From: Nitrospirota bacterium
Lineage (GTDB): Bacteria > Nitrospirota > 9FT-COMBO-42-15 > HDB-SIOI813
Assembly: GCA_016217665.1 (NCBI GenBank)
Contig: JACRHF010000041.1
Coordinates: 1-52,271 of the forward strand
Reading direction: 5' to 3'
DNA length: 52,271 nucleotides
Every line of letters begins with the position of its first letter. The stretch's first letter is position 1. Made by a program: the position numbers and the translations under genes. Shown here piece by piece: positions 50,214-52,271 of this stretch. Under the pieces are notes generated by a model. The model was not told the DNA's origin. It saw only the letters and a program-made list of their open reading frames with translations, and made no database searches.

Positions 50214-50249
50214 TTCACAGTTGGGTTATCCGTAAAGGAGGGATAGACA

Positions 50250-51182
50250 ATGAAGAACGATAATGCAAGGTCCTTAAGCCTCAGCACAATGATAGATACC
50301 ACAAAGGTCAACACGATCCTGGGGGTTACGATTCTATTCCTGTATTTCCTGATGGTCATGGGGACGTTTGTCACCTCGACAGGGTCCGGGCTTGCCTGTC
50401 CTGACTGGCCCCTCTGTTATGGTTCTGTCACCCCGCCATTAAAGTTAAGCATCTGGTTTGAGTGGGGGCACAGACTCCTCGGCGGCATCACAGGGTTATT
50501 GATCGTCACCTCGACACTCCTTGTCTGGCGCCGGTATAGAGGGATCCCCCGTCTTCTGACAGGGATTGTAGTGGGACTGCTGTTAACGGCTGTCTTCATC
50601 GGAGGGGTTACCGTCCTGATCGAGGCGCCCTACCTTGACAGCCTTATCAGGATTGCGATCGTCTCCTCTCACTTGATCATAGCGACCCTCGTCCTGATTT
50701 CCCTCCTCTTTATCCTGAGAAGGATTGCGGAAGAGAGGCATGTCGGCGAAAGGGGATATCATTTTCTCCTCTTCTGTGCAGTCTATTTCCAGGTCATCCT
50801 TGGGATATTGGTCCGCTATTCAAAGGCCTCGCTGGCCTGTCCGGACTTCCCGCTTTGTCAGGGGAAGGTCATCCCGTCGTTTTCCAATTATGCCGTAGCC
50901 CTCCATTTTTCTCACCGGATTCTCGCGTTGACAGTCGTTCTCTTAACGACGATACTTCTTGTCAGGGCTATTCAGAAAAGAAGCGGGGTTGAGACTTCAT
51001 TCATTACCTTTACCCTTGTCCTCCTTCAGGCTCTATTTGGTATCCTGATCGTCTTAACCGGGATGTTTTTGCCCCTGATCATCATGCACGGGGCTACAGG
51101 CTTTCTCCTCTTAGGCTGGCTTGCCTATCAGGCGGCACCTTTTCTGCTCCGGAATATCGTTTGGAAGGGGGGTGCCTTATGA
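50250..51182 (+). CDS. ctaA: heme A synthase
   Basis: Duplicated CPDWPLCYG / CPDFPLCQG motifs and conserved His residues (WGHRLLG, HFSHRILA). Confidence 0.9.
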   Translation: MKNDNARSLSLSTMIDTTKVNTILGVTILFLYFLMVMGTFVTSTGSGLACPDWPLCYGSVTPPLKLSIWFEWGHRLLGGITGLLIVTSTLLVWRRYRGIPRLLTGIVVGLLLTAVFIGGVTVLIEAPYLDSLIRIAIVSSHLIIATLVLISLLFILRRIAEERHVGERGYHFLLFCAVYFQVILGILVRYSKASLACPDFPLCQGKVIPSFSNYAVALHFSHRILALTVVLLTTILLVRAIQKRSGVETSFITFTLVLLQALFGILIVLTGMFLPLIIMHGATGFLLLGWLAYQAAPFLLRNIVWKGGAL

Positions 51183-52066
51183 AAGGCTATGCATTAGAGA
51201 GCGCTGTTTCAAAAAGGTCTCTGATTGGCGACTACCTCCTCCTTGCCAAGCCGGGTATCGTCTCTCTGGTCCTGATGTCAGCCCTGACAGGCCTCTGCAT
51301 TGGCAGCCGGGGCCTGCCCGATGCGGAGTTGACCTTGTGGGTCATGTTAGGGGTGGGGCTGGCGACCGCGGGTTCAGCGGTCTTGAATAACTTTTTTGAC
51401 AGGGACATTGATTGCTTAATGGAGAGGACGCGTGCCAGGACTTTGGCCCTTGAGGCGGTCTCACCCGGAAATGCCGTTATGTTGGGGAGTCTGTTGACCG
51501 GATCAGGAATCCTGATCCTTGGGGTTGCGGTGAATCCGCCTTCGGCCATCCTGACGGCTTTTGCGGCATTGGGATATGTCGGCCTCTACACCATCTTCTT
51601 GAAAAGGAGGACCCCTTTTGCCAACCAGGTTGGTGGGATTGCAGGGGCCCTGCCGCCTCTCATAGGCTATGCGGCTGTAACGCAGCATATTGATGTTAGG
51701 GGAATGATCCTCTTCGGGATCGTTGCGGTCTGGCAGCAGCCGCATGCCCTGAGTATTGCCCTCAAGTATAAGGAGGAGTACCGAAGGGCATGTATACCGG
51801 TAGTGCCGGTGGCGAAAGGCGTTCGTTCCACCAAGACGCGAATTGTCATCTATACGGCCCTCCTGCTTCCGGCGAGCATCCTTCCCTATCTTTATGGGAT
51901 GGCCGGTCTGTTATACGCGGCTGTTTCTATCACGTTGGGCATCTTTTATTTGGTCATTGCAGGGAGGTTTATGCTATCGAAGAAAGAGTGTGATATGTTT
52001 CTCTTCTTCTATTCTCTCGTATATATTACAATGATATTTGCGGCAATGATTTTAAACATGACATAA
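51179..52066 (+). CDS. ctaB: protoheme IX farnesyltransferase (heme O synthase), second copy
   Basis: NNFFDRDIDCLMERTRARTL. The ATG at 51179 overlaps the ctaA stop (ATGA); the track ORF opens at a TTG at 51161. Confidence 0.88.
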   Translation: MKGYALESAVSKRSLIGDYLLLAKPGIVSLVLMSALTGLCIGSRGLPDAELTLWVMLGVGLATAGSAVLNNFFDRDIDCLMERTRARTLALEAVSPGNAVMLGSLLTGSGILILGVAVNPPSAILTAFAALGYVGLYTIFLKRRTPFANQVGGIAGALPPLIGYAAVTQHIDVRGMILFGIVAVWQQPHALSIALKYKEEYRRACIPVVPVAKGVRSTKTRIVIYTALLLPASILPYLYGMAGLLYAAVSITLGIFYLVIAGRFMLSKKECDMFLFFYSLVYITMIFAAMILNMT

Positions 52067-52271
52067 GATTCTCTTCCCCCTGAAGGGATTCTTCCTCGGA
52101 TTGAGTTGGGTATCATCATACCCTCCCCTTCAAGGCTGGTCTTTACCCACACTTAACGCCGTGGGTATCAGGGGCCGCCCTTGGGAGGGAGCAGGGCATA
52201 AGGATAGAACTTACGTATTAGAGGAAGCGGTAGATGTTTAAAAATAGCATACATATCTACAGCGGTGTCCA

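Noticed and set aside
52067-52271. Short hairpins after ctaB (GGGTAT-CATC-ATACCC; TACCCAC...GTGGGTA), considered as a tRNA or ncRNA
   Set aside because: There is no cloverleaf arrangement, no T-loop GTTCRANYC motif and no anticodon stem. The region is too close to the window edge to interpret.
1-52271. rRNA, tRNA and tmRNA genes, riboswitches, and selenocysteine/in-frame stop recoding
   Set aside because: Nothing convincing was seen in the intergenic gaps, all of which were read on both strands. Apart from 4216-5786, every long gene is an uninterrupted ORF.

Overview
This 52.3-kb bacterial chromosomal window cannot be placed taxonomically from the sequence alone; the gene content suggests an uncultivated chemolithotroph or denitrifier. 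**Left part (1-21.8 kb), housekeeping and accessory genes:** a truncated tlyA-like gene, dxs-ispA-xseB, and an adjacent cohesin-like/dockerin-like surface-protein pair in which the dockerin gene is frame-disrupted. It also holds a RayT (REP-associated tyrosine transposase) REPtron beside an AT-rich three-gene cassette, then PilZ, Kelch, flavin reductase, an MntH-USP fusion and OsmC. A 2-oxoacid dehydrogenase E1a-E1b-E2-lipB operon and LemA-TPM-TPM complete this part. **Right part (21.9-52.1 kb), a very dense respiratory / nitrogen-oxide island:** it opens with a sensor kinase plus sigma54 activator and a cytochrome c-NirK-porin operon. Next comes an operon of a CuB-ligand-deficient heme-copper-oxidase (HCO) subunit-I homologue, heme O synthase, SCO1 and a B-family-like HCO lacking the cross-link Tyr (NOR-like). 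This is followed by an unusual three-gene module: two paralogous cytochrome b6-like/2x[4Fe-4S]/MvhD-like fusions flanking a NuoF-like flavoprotein. After that come a rhodanese, a single-polypeptide CcoN-CcoO-dihaem c fusion with a separate FixP_N-like peptide, and a second CuB-ligand-deficient HCO homologue divergent from an Rrf2 (NsrR/IscR-like) regulator. The island ends with an A2-type oxidase operon (ctaE-sco-ctaC-ctaD) and ctaA-ctaB. **Repeats:** the window carries at least five palindromic repeat families, two of which sit in frame inside coding sequences. No rRNA, tRNA or CRISPR array was found. **Best candidates for undescribed biology:** (i) the Rieske-less cytochrome b/FeS/MvhD + NuoF module, and (ii) the paired HCO subunit-I homologues that keep both haem ligand sets but lack two of the three CuB histidines.
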